Below are positions 26,961-39,296 of a stretch of DNA of 64,000 nucleotides, in pieces (within the stretch, counting starts at the first letter, position 1; each line of letters begins with the position of its first letter). The DNA comes from Octopus sinensis. Lineage: Eukaryota. The notes under the pieces were generated by a model, which searched no databases, was not told where the DNA came from, and worked only from the letters and a program-made list of their open reading frames with translations. Where the stretch lies: assembly GCF_006345805.1 (NCBI RefSeq), contig NC_043013.1, positions 16,306,001 through 16,370,000 of the forward strand, given 5' to 3'. The translations under genes were made by a program, and so were the position numbers.

Positions 26961-28267
26961 CTCCATGTGGTTTCTCAGCTTGTGTGAAATAACAGCCAAA
27001 TTTTCTTTAAATCACATTCTTCTTTTCTGTGCCATCTGGTCACAAACAATCCCTGGTGATTTCCATAGGTTTCCACAAGAGAAAACTAAAGTGGTTTTTC
27101 TCATCACCTTCCTACAGGTATAATTTTATAAGATACCATTTTCTTAAACAAATCCTCCATATATGTTTGGCCTATCAAAACATGAATGATTTAAACAAAT
27201 ACTGCAAAAGAATCTTATATCTAATCCAACACACTAACAATTCTGCCAGTCAGGTATCTTAGAGATTGGTACTTCATTTTAATGACGCCCCCCTCATCCT
27301 TACCAAAGATGACATAGAGAGTTGACAACAACATGATTTGAAATCTAAATGTAAAACTGCTGGACCAAGTACCACAAGATGTTTTGTGCAATGTTTGAAC
27401 AGTTCCACCAGTTCACACTTACTGATATACTTAGATCCTTCCAGAAAAGATTACAGACGTTTTGGGGAAAGTTGGTTACAACAGACTGATACTCAAATCA
27501 GAATGGTGGAGAATGGTGGATTATCATTCAAAGATGGAAAATGGATCTTTTTAATCCTTCAGAGGGTGCATTAAGACGTTGTGTATCAGATAGTGTATAG
27601 TGACTGCATATAAGTGTATGTTAAGGATCATGTTATAAGTGTGACAGTGTACATCAAAATCATCATCATCATCATTTAACGTCCGCTTTCCATGCTAGCA
27701 TGGGTCGGACGATTTGCCTGAGGACTGGCAAACCAGGTGGCTGCACCAGGCCTCAATCTTGATCTGGCAGAGATTCTATAGCTGGATGCCCTTCCTAACA
27801 CCAACCACTCTGAGAGTGTAATGGGTGCTTTTACGTGCCACCTGCACGAGGGCCAGTCTGGCGGTACTGGCAATGGCCACACTCAAAATCATGTGATCAT
27901 GTAAAGGTGTGTGTAAGTATACATCTGAAGTCATGTTGTGATATGTATGTGTGTGTATAGTTGTGTGTGTGTGTGTGTATGGCAGTGAATATGTTACATG
28001 TGTTTGTGTGTGCCAAGTGTTATGACAGTGTGGTGTATGCTTGTATCACATGAAGTGTTATCCCTGTGCATAAGTGTGCATCAGTCATGTTATGTCAGTC
28101 TGTAAGTGTACATTAGATGGTGTGTTACATCAGTAGGTAAGTGTACATTGGTATTATGTCAATAGGTAAGTGTATATCAGAGGCCATGTAACAGTGTGTA
28201 AGTGTACATGAAGTAGTGTGTTATATCTGTCAGTCAGTGTGTTTATATGTAAATCTTCTTCTGGCAG

Positions 28268-28384
28268 ACCATCATGAAAATGTTGATGACAGGAAAATCT
28301 GGAAAGGACAGGGCAGGTGTAATGATACCAATTCCTCAGTATCCATTATATACAGCTACTACTGCAGAGTACAATGCTTATACA
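28268..28384 (+). CDS. GPT: Alanine aminotransferase exon (TIMKMLMTGKSGKDRAGVMIPIPQYPLYTATTAEYNAYT)
   Basis: cttcttctggcag acceptor, gtaagt donor; 117 nt; GVMIPIPQYPLY motif. Confidence 0.96.
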
Positions 28385-29598
28385 GTAAGTATTTATTTAA
28401 ATCACACACACATATATATATATATTTATATATATATATATATAAACAACTTATAAAACAAGGGCAAAAGAAAAATTATTTCCATGCCAATATGCTGATA
28501 ACAGACTTTTAAATCATCAATTTCCACATATCATTATACACTCACTATAAATATACGTCATGCTGAAATCAGGAAGCTAGCCAACAGAATTTTTTTTAAA
28601 TACTTATTTATTTCTATATTGAATCAATTTTGGAATTAATCCCATGGATTTCTTCCTCTTCAGTAGAAAATAAGATAAGAAATAAATGAAATACTTACAC
28701 GCACCCATGAAAAAAAGCAGAAGCAAAAGTAATGAGTACACAGAAATACCCCAGATAGGTAGACAGAAAGACAGATATACATACATATCTGTCTTTCTGT
28801 CTATCTATTTGTCCAACCATCCAAGCATACACCAGTGTAAATAAATTATGCATATGTATTTTTCAGTAGTCTCTGTTATGGATTTCAAAGCATCCAGTTG
28901 TTTCATCAACTGAACACCCTAGTCATTCATTTAGCATTTAAAGTGGCTTCGTATTACATAGACATATATGTCCTTGACATAATTCTCAAGTAGAATCAGT
29001 GTGATGCTTGTCTAACAAGTCTGGGTGTCTGAGTTACAGCCACAATCACCCAGTGGACTGCTTCTCTATTTCTCTTTCATCTAGTTTCACTTGCAAGAGT
29101 TGGGTCAAATTGAGGCTATACTAAAGATGCTTTCTGAAAATGCTAAACTGTGGGATAGTGCCCATGACCTCATGGTTAGAGAGCAAACTGCTAAACCACT
29201 CAGCCCCCCCCCACCACTCTTTCCACTACCATCTTTTCTTATTCTTTTATTCTTTCCACTACCATCTTTTCTTATTCTTTTATTCTTTCCTGTCCCTCTT
29301 TTTTCCGATGAAAGACTAGTGCCCAAAATGTCAAGACACTTTCCCTTCTTTTTAAGTGTTAAACTAATGCATTTATTAAACATTTGTCCCTCAAGTGTTG
29401 CCTTTTTGTGCTCATTGCCTTCTCAATATATACAACCATGGTCTCTGCATCCATGATCTCTGCGTATAATGCTTATATGGTATGAAGTTTTCGATATATA
29501 CACAAGTATCTACACATAGATGTGCACACACTTGTACACACACATATGCACACACAGGCATAAATATATTAACCAGTTTTCTGTTGTTTTTCTCCAAG

Positions 29599-29728
29599 AT
29601 CAACTACTATTTAGATGAGGACAACAAATGGGCGCTGAACATTCCCGACCTTGAGAAATCCCTCGATGCTGCCCGTCCACACTGTAAACCTCGAGCTATT
29701 GTTGTTATAAACCCTGGAAACCCAACAG
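29599..29728 (+). CDS. GPT: Alanine aminotransferase exon (INYYLDEDNKWALNIPDLEKSLDAARPHCKPRAIVVINPGNPT-G)
   Basis: ttttctccaag acceptor, gtgaga donor; 130 nt, phase 0/1; INPGNPTG motif of class I/II aminotransferases. Confidence 0.96.
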
Positions 29729-29961
29729 GTGAGAACTGCAAGAATCCATTGCCTATTAGTTGTATCATGTTTGTTTCTCTGATCGTTGTCTGTTTATCTT
29801 CCTATAAGTTACTGTTCTATAGAACATTGTCTCCCCAATAACATCTGGTGGACATTAAAAGATATGATGAAACCATGTTGATAAGGTACTGGACTGCCTG
29901 CTCATGGGTCTAGTGCTCAAATCTATTACAGGTATTTCTTTGCGCAACAGGTATTTCTTTG

Positions 29962-30379
29962 AAGGCAGCGAGTTGGCAGAAACTTTAGCATGCCGGGCGA
30001 AATGCTTAGCGGTATTTCGTCTGCCGCTACGTACTGAGTTCAAATTCCGCCGAGGTCGACTTTGCCTTTCATCCTTTCGGGGTCGATAAATTAAGTACCA
30101 TTTTCGCACTGGGGTCAATCTAATCGACTTGATCAGTTTGTCTGTCCTTGTTTGTCCCCTCTGTGTTTAGCCCCTTGTGGATAGGAAAGAAATAGGTATT
30201 TCGTTTGCTGTTACATTCTGAGTTCAAATTCCGCCGAGGTCGACTTTGCCTTTCATCCTTTCAGGGTCGATAAATTAAGTACCAGTTATGCACTGGGGTC
30301 AATATAATCGACTTAATCATTTTGTCTGTCCTTGTTTGTCCCCTCTGTGTTTAGCCCCTTGTGGGTAGTAAAGAAATAA
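29962..30379 (+). mobile_element. Family B SINE dimer with TSD gtatttctttg
   Basis: Full unit followed by a unit restarting at internal ggtatttcg (30195); TSD at 29951-29961 and 30380-30390. Confidence 0.85.
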
Positions 30380-31077
30380 GTATTTCTTTGCGCAACTAAT
30401 CAGGACACTTTTTGTAGTATAGTACTATAGCTGGTGTAAAGTGGTAGTCTGGTTGGGCTGGAGTGAAAGTGTAGTTTAGTTAAGCTTAAGTGAAATTTAG
30501 CTGAAGTGAAGCTATGGGGAAGGTAGTTAAACTGGAGTGGAAGCTTTAGCACAGTTGAGCTGAAGTGAAGATTAATGTCTTGTGTTTTTTTTTCAACTGC
30601 TCTTCACATTTGCACCTAATCCCCTACAACAACTCTTCTCTTTCTCATTTCCTCTCTCTCTCTTTCCCTTTTTAATTTGTTTTCTTCCTCCTTCCTACTC
30701 TCTCCACTATACCTAACCTCCACACCTTCCTCCACCACTTGCACTCCTATCTCAAACTCTTACATATGCACACCACCCTTGCCTCTTCCTCTCTTCCTAA
30801 CTCCTCCCCATTGAATTACATTCACACCCGGACCCTAAACTTTTTTCTTCTTTCCACTACCTTTCTTCTTTTCTCTTATTTTCTCTGATGGAGGACTAGC
30901 ATCTGAAATGTTAAAGACCATTTCCTTCTCTCTCTTATTGTATTTTTTCACCCCAGGATAGCCACAGTCCAATAAATGAAACAAGTAAAACATAGAAGGT
31001 GTGTGTGTGTGTGTGTACTAGAATAAGCACATAAATGTGAAACAAGGTGGGAAAAATAGTATTTGAATAAAGTATAT

Positions 31078-31141
<64 letters not shown>

Positions 31142-31168
31142 CCGACAGGTTGAGAAAAACCTCTGATC

Positions 31169-31228
<60 letters not shown>

Positions 31229-31902
31229 ATGTGTATATATATATATATATAATATATATATATATAAAGGATCAGAGGTTTTTCTTAATCCATCGGCTTA
31301 TAAGGTGAGCCATATAAATTCTGTAGCATGTGTACTCCCACCCCACCCTGGACAGGACACCAGTCCATTGCAAGATTACCCAGTTTTGTTAGCTGTATAT
31401 ATACACACACACAATGTATATACACATATAGAAAAATACAAAGAATGAAGATTAATCAACTATTTAATCCTCCATACATGTCTAAAAAGAATAGCATGCC
31501 CAAATTGTTGCATGTTGCAGTATGCATATATAATCAGTCATAAATTTGACCACCTAAAATGATACAGAGAATTACATATTAAGTTCCATTCTTTTCTAGA
31601 ACATGCACCAATTTGTTTATGCCATTCTGTTTGAAATATGGGTAACTGATTAAATTGTAGATTAATCTTTATTGTAGATGAATCTTTGTTCTTTGTGTTT
31701 TTTCTAATATAGTTTTTGATTAAGTATACTGAGTTTATTCAGTGTTTAAACTTTAGCCTTACAAATTGGTCTTGTTGCAAAAAGTGAAATAACGACCTAT
31801 CTGGATTACTGTGGCATTAACTGGACAATTTAGTTAGCCAGATTTGATTTCTACAAAGTGCTTAAAAGGATTTATTTAATTCCCTCTTTACTTCATTATA
31901 CT

Positions 31903-32407
31903 TACCATAAATCCTCAAGTATAGTCCGCCCTTGAGTATAATACGCAGGGGATTTTTAGGAGGCTGTACCTCTGAAAAACCTAAACCTTGTGTATAATAC
32001 GCACCCCTTCTCTAACTTGGGTCAAGGAGGTCTATATAACGTCCTTGGTTTGTAAAAATGTATATGCTAACGTCCTTTATTATTATTGTATATATAACAT
32101 AATGCAAACATGTAGCTTTTTTGTGCATTTTGTTTGCAGAAAATAAAGAAATAACAGTAATAACGTTTAATAAATGTTGCTTACTGCAAATTATGGATGA
32201 TTCTTTTATGACTTCATTGCTTTCAGGCTTAGCTTAAGGTATTTTCGCACCCGACATCACAAAATGCGTCTGAATAAACATTGCCGGACAGCAAATAGAG
32301 ACTTGGACATTGCTTAGAACATATTTTTCATTTTTAACCTCGTATATAGTATGCACTAGGGATTTTGACCTTTAAATTTTGGGAAAAAAATGTGGATTTA
32401 AGGTATA
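31903..32407. mobile_element. Tc1/pogo-like MITE
   Basis: tacc(a)taaatcc ... ggatttaaggta termini with TA flanks; sub-terminal gtata.tacgca repeats. Confidence 0.55.
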
Positions 32408-32599
32408 TGTGTGTATGTGTATATAATTGAACCTTTCCTATGTCAATTTACTCTGTGATTTGATTTATATATATATATCACCCCCAGTGATTTGATTTAT
32501 ATATATCACTTCATACCCTCACCCTTGCTTGATTACTTGTTTGCTTCAAAATTAAAGTCCATCTAGACTTTGAGAAGATTCTTATCTCTGTTATTTCAG

Positions 32600-32679
32600 G
32601 CCAAGTGTTAAGTCGCAAGAATATCGAAGACGTCATAAAATTTGCTAAGAGAGAAAACCTCTTCATATTAGCTGACGAA
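32600..32679 (+). CDS. GPT: Alanine aminotransferase exon (G-QVLSRKNIEDVIKFAKRENLFILADE)
   Basis: tttcag acceptor, gtaagt donor; 80 nt, phase 1/0; first half of ADEVYQ motif. Confidence 0.96.
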
Positions 32680-32994
32680 GTAAGTACTGAATTCATAGTT
32701 CCCAGTTATTCAATGAAGGAAGGACACAGGTTGAAGTGTAATGAAGCATTTTAAGGAGGTGGGTGACTTGGTTTGGACTGGGTTTTATGATAGAAATGTT
32801 ATTGTTTAAGCCTTTTAAATCAAAGCACATTGATGTTTGTACATTAAAGAAGACAGAACCATTTTTATGATAAACACGAAAAGAATCAAAGTTCTTGTTA
32901 ATTCAAATTCTTTAAAAAAAAAACTGAATGCCAGTAGACTTAGACAAATGTATACTATATTTCCTAATATCAAGGACTACAAATATATACAATT

Positions 32995-33250
32995 ATATAT
33001 GCCGGCATCAGTTGTTAGTTGTCAGAGCACTGCATCCTTCAAAACTTCCATGCTTCCTGAGATTCGCCAACACTACACCTGATTTTCTCCCCTCCTTACA
33101 CACGCAAACATGTATCTGGCTCATACACTGTTCGCTTTCCAGACATTTTTACATTACTGCATATGCTTTATACGCACTTCTGACAAGTTGTGGTGCACCT
33201 GAGCACTGTATACAATAATTTCATTTATTTTTATTTTTATTATTATTATT
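32995..33250 (+). mobile_element. CR1/L2-like LINE 3' end
   Basis: PASVVSCQSTASFK resembles the CR1-group C-terminal LP..VV.A.S...FK motif; followed by UTR and (ATT)n tail. Confidence 0.55.
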
Positions 33251-33776
33251 TATGGGTTTTTCTTCTTCTTTCAAATTTGCTTCCATTTCTTGCCGAGTGT
33301 CTTCCCAACTCCTAGGGCAAAGAAACTCATTGTATACATTGGTAGGCCATTAAACAAAACTCACTAGTTCGTTCATTTTTTTTTTTTTTGATAGAAATAA
33401 AGCTAAATTAAAATACATGGGTAGTAATAGTTCTCAGATTGACAATGCTCTTCTCAATACGTGTGATGTACCAGTTAAGGCAATCTTTTGCACTTCTTGC
33501 AGGGATAGTAAGCCAGGGATCATTCTCATATAATTTTCGGTTCCCTTCTTGATCATTCCTAGTGTTCCTACGATCACTGGTATTGTAACCGCCTTGAGAT
33601 GCCACATTTTCTCAATTTCAATGAGCAAGTCTTTATATTTTCTGAGCTTGTCAAATTCTTACGCCAAGATATTATGATCACAGGGGATGCTCATGTCGAT
33701 CAATAAGCAAACTTTATTGTTTTGGTCTTTCACAACAATATCCGGTTTATTGGCTTTGATGGTTTGGTCTGTATGT
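33251..33776 (-). mobile_element. 5'-truncated RLE-type LINE (Dong/R4-like), 3' end
   Basis: ORF 33434..33628: EIEKMWHLKAVTIPVIVGTLG...VQKIALTGTSHVLRRAL; NKPDIVV upstream; (TAA)n at both ends. Confidence 0.85.
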
Positions 33777-33948
33777 ATGTATTATTATTATTATTATTAT
33801 TATTATTGAGTGAGAGAGCAGTTCATGCCATCAAAGTGACACTGGGGTAAAATATACGAAGCCCAATATACCCATCATGACTACCCGTCTGATAAAGGTA
33901 CACCAGGCACTATTATTATTATTTTTGAATATTACAACAAAAAAAAAC

Positions 33949-34971
33949 ATGGCTATGAAGCGAACAGTTGGCTGTTCCTTCCTTCAAGATACACTCCCTC
34001 CGCAAACACACACAACTCGTACAAAACACCCACTTCACGCCTTAAAAGGCAACAAAGATTCTCCTTCCGAACCGCAGAGCACGAGCTCCGTTCAAAAGGA
34101 GAATGCAAGCCAGAACGTCGCGTTCGACGTAATTCTCGATTTTCCCCCTCTGCCTTCACCTAATGCTTTGGTACGGAAGGAGGAGGGAGAAAAAACAATT
34201 ACAAAAATCATCACAAACATTGACACGGAGATAAAAGAAAAAACCTCCAACAATTTTGCTTCTGCTGCGAAACAAATTTCGGAGGAAGTTAAGATAACTC
34301 TAGAAGATGTGAAAAGAGCGAAGGAATTGTTAAGGAAGGATGGCAATGGTATCTTCCTCAATACTCCACAAGAGGTGATTGAAAGCACCAACAAGCAAAC
34401 AATAATTTACAAAGTTTTCGACAGAAAACTAAAAAGAATAACAAATGCCACACCCCAACAGTTGGAGATAGCTCTAAAGCCCATTTGGGCCCAAAAGAGC
34501 TACGTAACCAAGGGGAAGCGTTTTGGAACCGTGGAGGTTCGCTTCCAACAGAGGAGCTTGCAAGGGCGAACGCCATTTCGCCCTTGCAAACTGAGAATTT
34601 GTTACTAATTCCGACCCACCTCGGGCGAAGAGTAACAAAAATAAAAATCGACCTCGTCCCCCCTGAGCTAAATATGTCATGGCTGGTGGCAGCTGTCCTC
34701 TATGATATAGAGGACACTACCACCATTCTAGATGTCAGGAGAGTGAGGGCGAAAAACTGGTTGGGGATGGGAGTGCTGCTTCTTGCGCAAATTCAGCAAG
34801 AGAATATAAGTAAAATCCCTGATTTCGTAAGTTTGCCGGACGGCACCAGGCTAAACGTTGCTGTGGAGGGGCGAAAGCCAAAATGTTTTCTCTGCAGCAG
34901 CGAAAGCCACTTAAAGAGGGACTGTCCCATTCACAAAAAGAGGATGGAGGCTTTCAGCAAGAGGCAGCAGC

Positions 34972-35002
<31 letters not shown>

Positions 35003-35624
35003 CAAGCAACAACAACAGAAACAACAAAAACAGCAAGAAACACCAAAGGCTGCCACACCACCAACACCATCACCAACACCAGCACCAAGACGAACAACAC
35101 CACCTCCAACAACAACAACCACGACCAAACCAACACCGACAACCACCAGCAAACCAACACCGACACCAGTACCTCGAAGGTCGACAGCAGCGACATCAAC
35201 AGTAACAGGAGCAGCGGCACCACCGATACCGGCGGAACCAAAAACTTTTCGTCCTGCTACTGAAGCAGACCCCTCAACCATTCCTTTGCCGGATGAAGAG
35301 ATCTCGGATTGTGCGAGCTCTGATTCCAACAAAGGAGAATGGAACATAGTACCTCCAAAAAAGAAAAGGAGGAAAAAACAAAAAGATTTACAGGGGAAGC
35401 ACGAACAAACAGTACTTCCCAACATCAACAACAACATCAACAACAACACACACTCACAACAACAAACAACAACAACAACACTTTCGACACCACTACTGCC
35501 ACTACCACAGACACAAACAAACACAGACACAATTACAGACACGATTACAGCAGTGAATACAAGAAACCAGGAACTGGTTGAGTATTTGAAAACAAAACAA
35601 GCACAAACATTACAGATTTCATAA
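33949..35624 (+). pseudogene. Tx1-like ORF1 (nucleic-acid-binding, gag-like), frameshifted near 34545
   Basis: ATG 33949; ORFs 33877..34608 and 34485..35624 join at VEVRF/PTEE; CX2CX4HX4C knuckle CFLCSSESHLKRDC; polyQ and P/T-rich linker; true C-terminus may extend to about 35823 through a further shift. Confidence 0.85.
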
Positions 35625-35864
35625 TACCTACACACAACACACCACCAGCACACATTCTGACAATAAAAATAAACAAAACAGTTTACAACGAAATAAAACA
35701 AATATTCCCTAACGATGTGGGATCGTTAGGGAAAAGTTTCTCTCAGAAACTTTACAAAAATATTATTGAAGCACCCGTGCAAAAGCACAAGGGAGCCACC
35801 CCCACCACCAACAACAGTAAGTAGAGCCTTTTTTCTCCTTTTTTTTTCCCCTAACTTTTGAAAC

Positions 35865-38800
35865 ATGGCAAATCTTAGAATCGGTTGCTTGAATGTGAGA
35901 GGCCTCGGGTCACCTTGGAAACAGGGTCACTGTTAAACGACCTGAGGTTTCATGATGTGGATGTAGCAGCCATCAGTGAAACCAGGCTCTCCGACCCGCA
36001 GGAACTCGCAGCCCTTTTCGGCGGATACGAGATATTTCTATCTCCGTGTCGGCTGGGAGCGGGCGGTGGTGGTACTGCGGTGTTGTTTCGGAAGGGCCTG
36101 GACCTGAAAATAAGGACAGTCTTCTTGGATCCGGAAGGTAAGTTGGTGGTCCTCGACGTGGACGGTAGTGACGGCGGTGCTTTCAGACTGCTGGCTGCCT
36201 ACGCTCCAACAGGAGCAGGGCAGTCGGATTATTTCAAACGTCTGGAAGTTTTCCTGGAACGTCACGCACTCTAGTACTAGTTGGGGATTGGAACGCTGTC
36301 TTAGACGAACGTTTCGATCGGGTGGGCAGGGGAGCGTCTGATAGGAGAGGGGGAGGGTGCAAGAGCCTCGCCAACCTACTCGGCCGCTTTCAGCTGTCCG
36401 ACAGGTTTCGACTAGACAACCCGAATGTGCCAATGTGGACTTGGACAAACCGCATCGGGTCGTCTAGATCGTACTTAGATAGAGTGTTTTGTAGGCCAGC
36501 GGATAAGGACAGCGTAGGGTATCCACAATTCCACCTAGTCGAATATACGGACCACAAATTAGTGATCTGTACGGTCGACTTAGATAGGCTACATAGACAG
36601 GGACCCGGCTACTGGAAGCTGAACGCGTCGTTAACGGCGTGCAAAGCTTACAGAGACCGGATTAGTTTACTAGTTAAGCGGGCGCTCACGGGGGCAATCA
36701 TCAACAACAACTGGTGGTTTGCCCTCAAGAGAGCAATTAGAGTAGAGTCGATTAGGTATAGTAAGACTCTAGCTATTGAACGTAGGAAGAGAGAGCGGGA
36801 TTTAGTTAAGAAACTAGACGAGGCTCTTGACACTGGCATCGCGACCGACGTGTTGGCGGCAAGGTTGGCCCTCGACCAACACTTCGACGCCAAACACAAA
36901 GGCTGCGTTGTCAGAGCTAAGGCATGTTCGCTAAGCGGGGAGGGGACTAGAGCCGCTCGATGGGCCCGCGTGGCAGAGGCGAAGCGAGGCAACAGAGCAA
37001 CCATTCGGTCTTTGGTGGACCAGAACGGGCGCGAGGTTACCCAACCGAAGCAGATGTGTACGGTGCTTCAGCGGCACTTTGCTCAACTGTTTGGGACGAG
37101 TGGTGGAACGGACACCAACGGTACAGACTTTGGTGTGTACCTGGACGGACTGCCGCAACTCTCGGACAGCGAGGCAGAGTGCTGCGAAGGACCGATATCT
37201 GCCTGGGAAGTACAGGAAGCGATGAAGAGTTGCACGAGAGGTAGATCGCCGGGTTTGGATGGTCTGCCCTACGAGCTTTACTTTTCAATGCCAGACTTGT
37301 TTGCGGACCTGTTGGCAAACGTCTACTGCAACTGGCAGCAAAACGGGAGAATTCCTGCTTTTGTCTGTCGAGGGGTGGTGGCTTTGCTAAAGAAGGACCC
37401 AAACAAGGGGGACGTTATAGGGAATTTCTGGCCCATCACTCTGCTCAATGCAGAGTTGAAGATTTTGGCCAAGGTGCTAGCCAAGAGATTGGCGCTTGTC
37501 GTGGACAAGCTGGTCGGCGGGACGCAGACATGCGCCGTGCCGACCAGGTCGATACACGACAACCTTCATCTCATGCGCTACATCATAGAGAGGGTGGGTA
37601 ACGACGCTGGCGCGGGTGGGGCTTTGATCAACTTGGATCAGAGTAAAGCCTTCGATAGGGTCGACCATCGGCACCTGGCAGCTGTCCTCAAGGCAGCCGG
37701 CTTCGGTCCAGTCTTCCGCGGGTGGATCGCTGCTTTATACAGCAATATCTGCTCGGTGATACGGGTGAACGGTCACCTTTCGGAACCGTTCGACATCTCG
37801 CGTTCGGTCCGCCAAGGATGCCCTCTCTCCTCCCTCTTGTACATTTTGACTCTCGAGCCATTACTGCGCCAGTTGGAGGCTTTGAGGGGCATCCCGCGCG
37901 ATCTAGGAGGCGGAAACAGCGTGTCTGCTTATGCCGACGACGTCACCGTGGTGGTGTCGAGCCACAGGCACATTGACCTGATTGGCGAGACGCTAAACCA
38001 GTACGAAGCGGTGACAGGGGCAAAGATTAACGCGGAAAAGTCTGTGGGCTTGCAACTGGGCACCTGGAGAGGCAAGCCCATGCCGTCCAACAGCGTCGTA
38101 GGGCGCTGGACAGACGGACCCGTTAAACTGCTCGGGGTCTGGTTCGGTCCGGACCTCCAGGTGGATAAGAACTGGGAAGAGGTGACGAGCAGGGTGGCAC
38201 GTCTCACCCAGAAATGGGCCGAGAGGAAGCTGTCCCTGAAAGGTCGAGCGGAGGTGGCGAATGCGTACATCGCATCCGTCATCTATTACCGCTTGACCGT
38301 CGTCCCTTGTCCCGACCGCTGGTTGGCCAAGCTGGTACGCCTGCTCTTCGACTTTTTGTGGAAGGGTCAGGTGCCACTGGTCAGGCGATCCATCTGCTGT
38401 CAACGACCGCTGAACGGAGGCCTTGGAATGCTGTGGTTGCTGTTGCGCAGACATGCGCTCAGGCTGCGGCATCTCAAGCGCATCCTAGACGGTGAACAGG
38501 TGTGGTCGTCTTTTGTCAGACGCGATTTTCCGCAGCTCGTCTCTTTGACGGAGCTGCAGACCTGGATCAAACGTAGACCGAGAAAGGGCGCTTGGCACCT
38601 CGAGTGCCGTCAAGCCCTCTCCGCCCTCCACCAGGCGGGCAATGCGGTCGGTTACAGCTCCACTCTAGCGTTCTATAGAGGGTTAGTGGAGGAAAAATGC
38701 GACGACGTTCTCGGGGAAACTCTAGGCGTTGAAGACGACGAACTGAGCGGTCTGTTCGGGAGGACTTTCGGGCCGGGGCCGATGGATAATTTCCAGAGGT

Positions 38801-39296
38801 CTCTCGCCTGGCAGTGTTACCGAGGGGCTCTGCCTGTTCGAGATAAACTCTACCGGCACGGAAGTGCCGTCAGCCGGCCTGCCCGAGGTGTTGCCAGGAC
38901 GACGAAACCGTTCTGCACGCACTCGTCCAGTGCCCGAGTATTGCTGAAATATGGGTTTATGTCGAACAGCTACTGTCACGTGTAGGACGGATCCGACTAT
39001 CGGCCGAATCCATAGTGAAGATTGCCCCGCCGACCTCCTTTAACAAGGAGGGCGAGGCCGTTTTCTTGTGCCTTGTGGCTGTGGCGAAAGAAGTCGTGTG
39101 GTGGACTCGTTTGAAAGGGCTAAAGTCAGACACTTTCCTCTTTGGTCAAGGCCTCATCAACTTTTTCAAGTTTCACTTGAAAAGGAAGATGAGGTTAGAG
39201 AGGAAAATGCTGTCCGATAGCAAGTTTTATGAAAGGTGGGTGAATTGTGCGAGACTGGCCTGTATAAATGGACCAGTTCTCAGGTTTCGCCTGTGA
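35865..39296 (+). pseudogene. Tx1-like ORF2 (AP endonuclease + reverse transcriptase + CCHC finger), three apparent 1-bp frameshifts
   Basis: MANLRIGCLNVRGL start; ISETR, GDWNAV, SYLDR, TDHK (APE); SPGLDG, PITLLN, LDQSKAFDRV, VRQGCPLS, YADD (RT); CPRC..ETVLHALVQC; shifts near 35930, 36259, 38878. Confidence 0.93.

Noticed and set aside
34931-35701. 256-aa antisense ORF, plus antisense ORFs across 36-39 kb
   Set aside because: Shadow frames of the A/C-rich ORF1 and GC-rich ORF2
35865-39296. GC-rich island suggesting bacterial contamination, a retron or a group II intron
   Set aside because: APE + RT + CCHC order, zinc-knuckle ORF1 and diverged relatives elsewhere in the window identify a resident non-LTR retrotransposon
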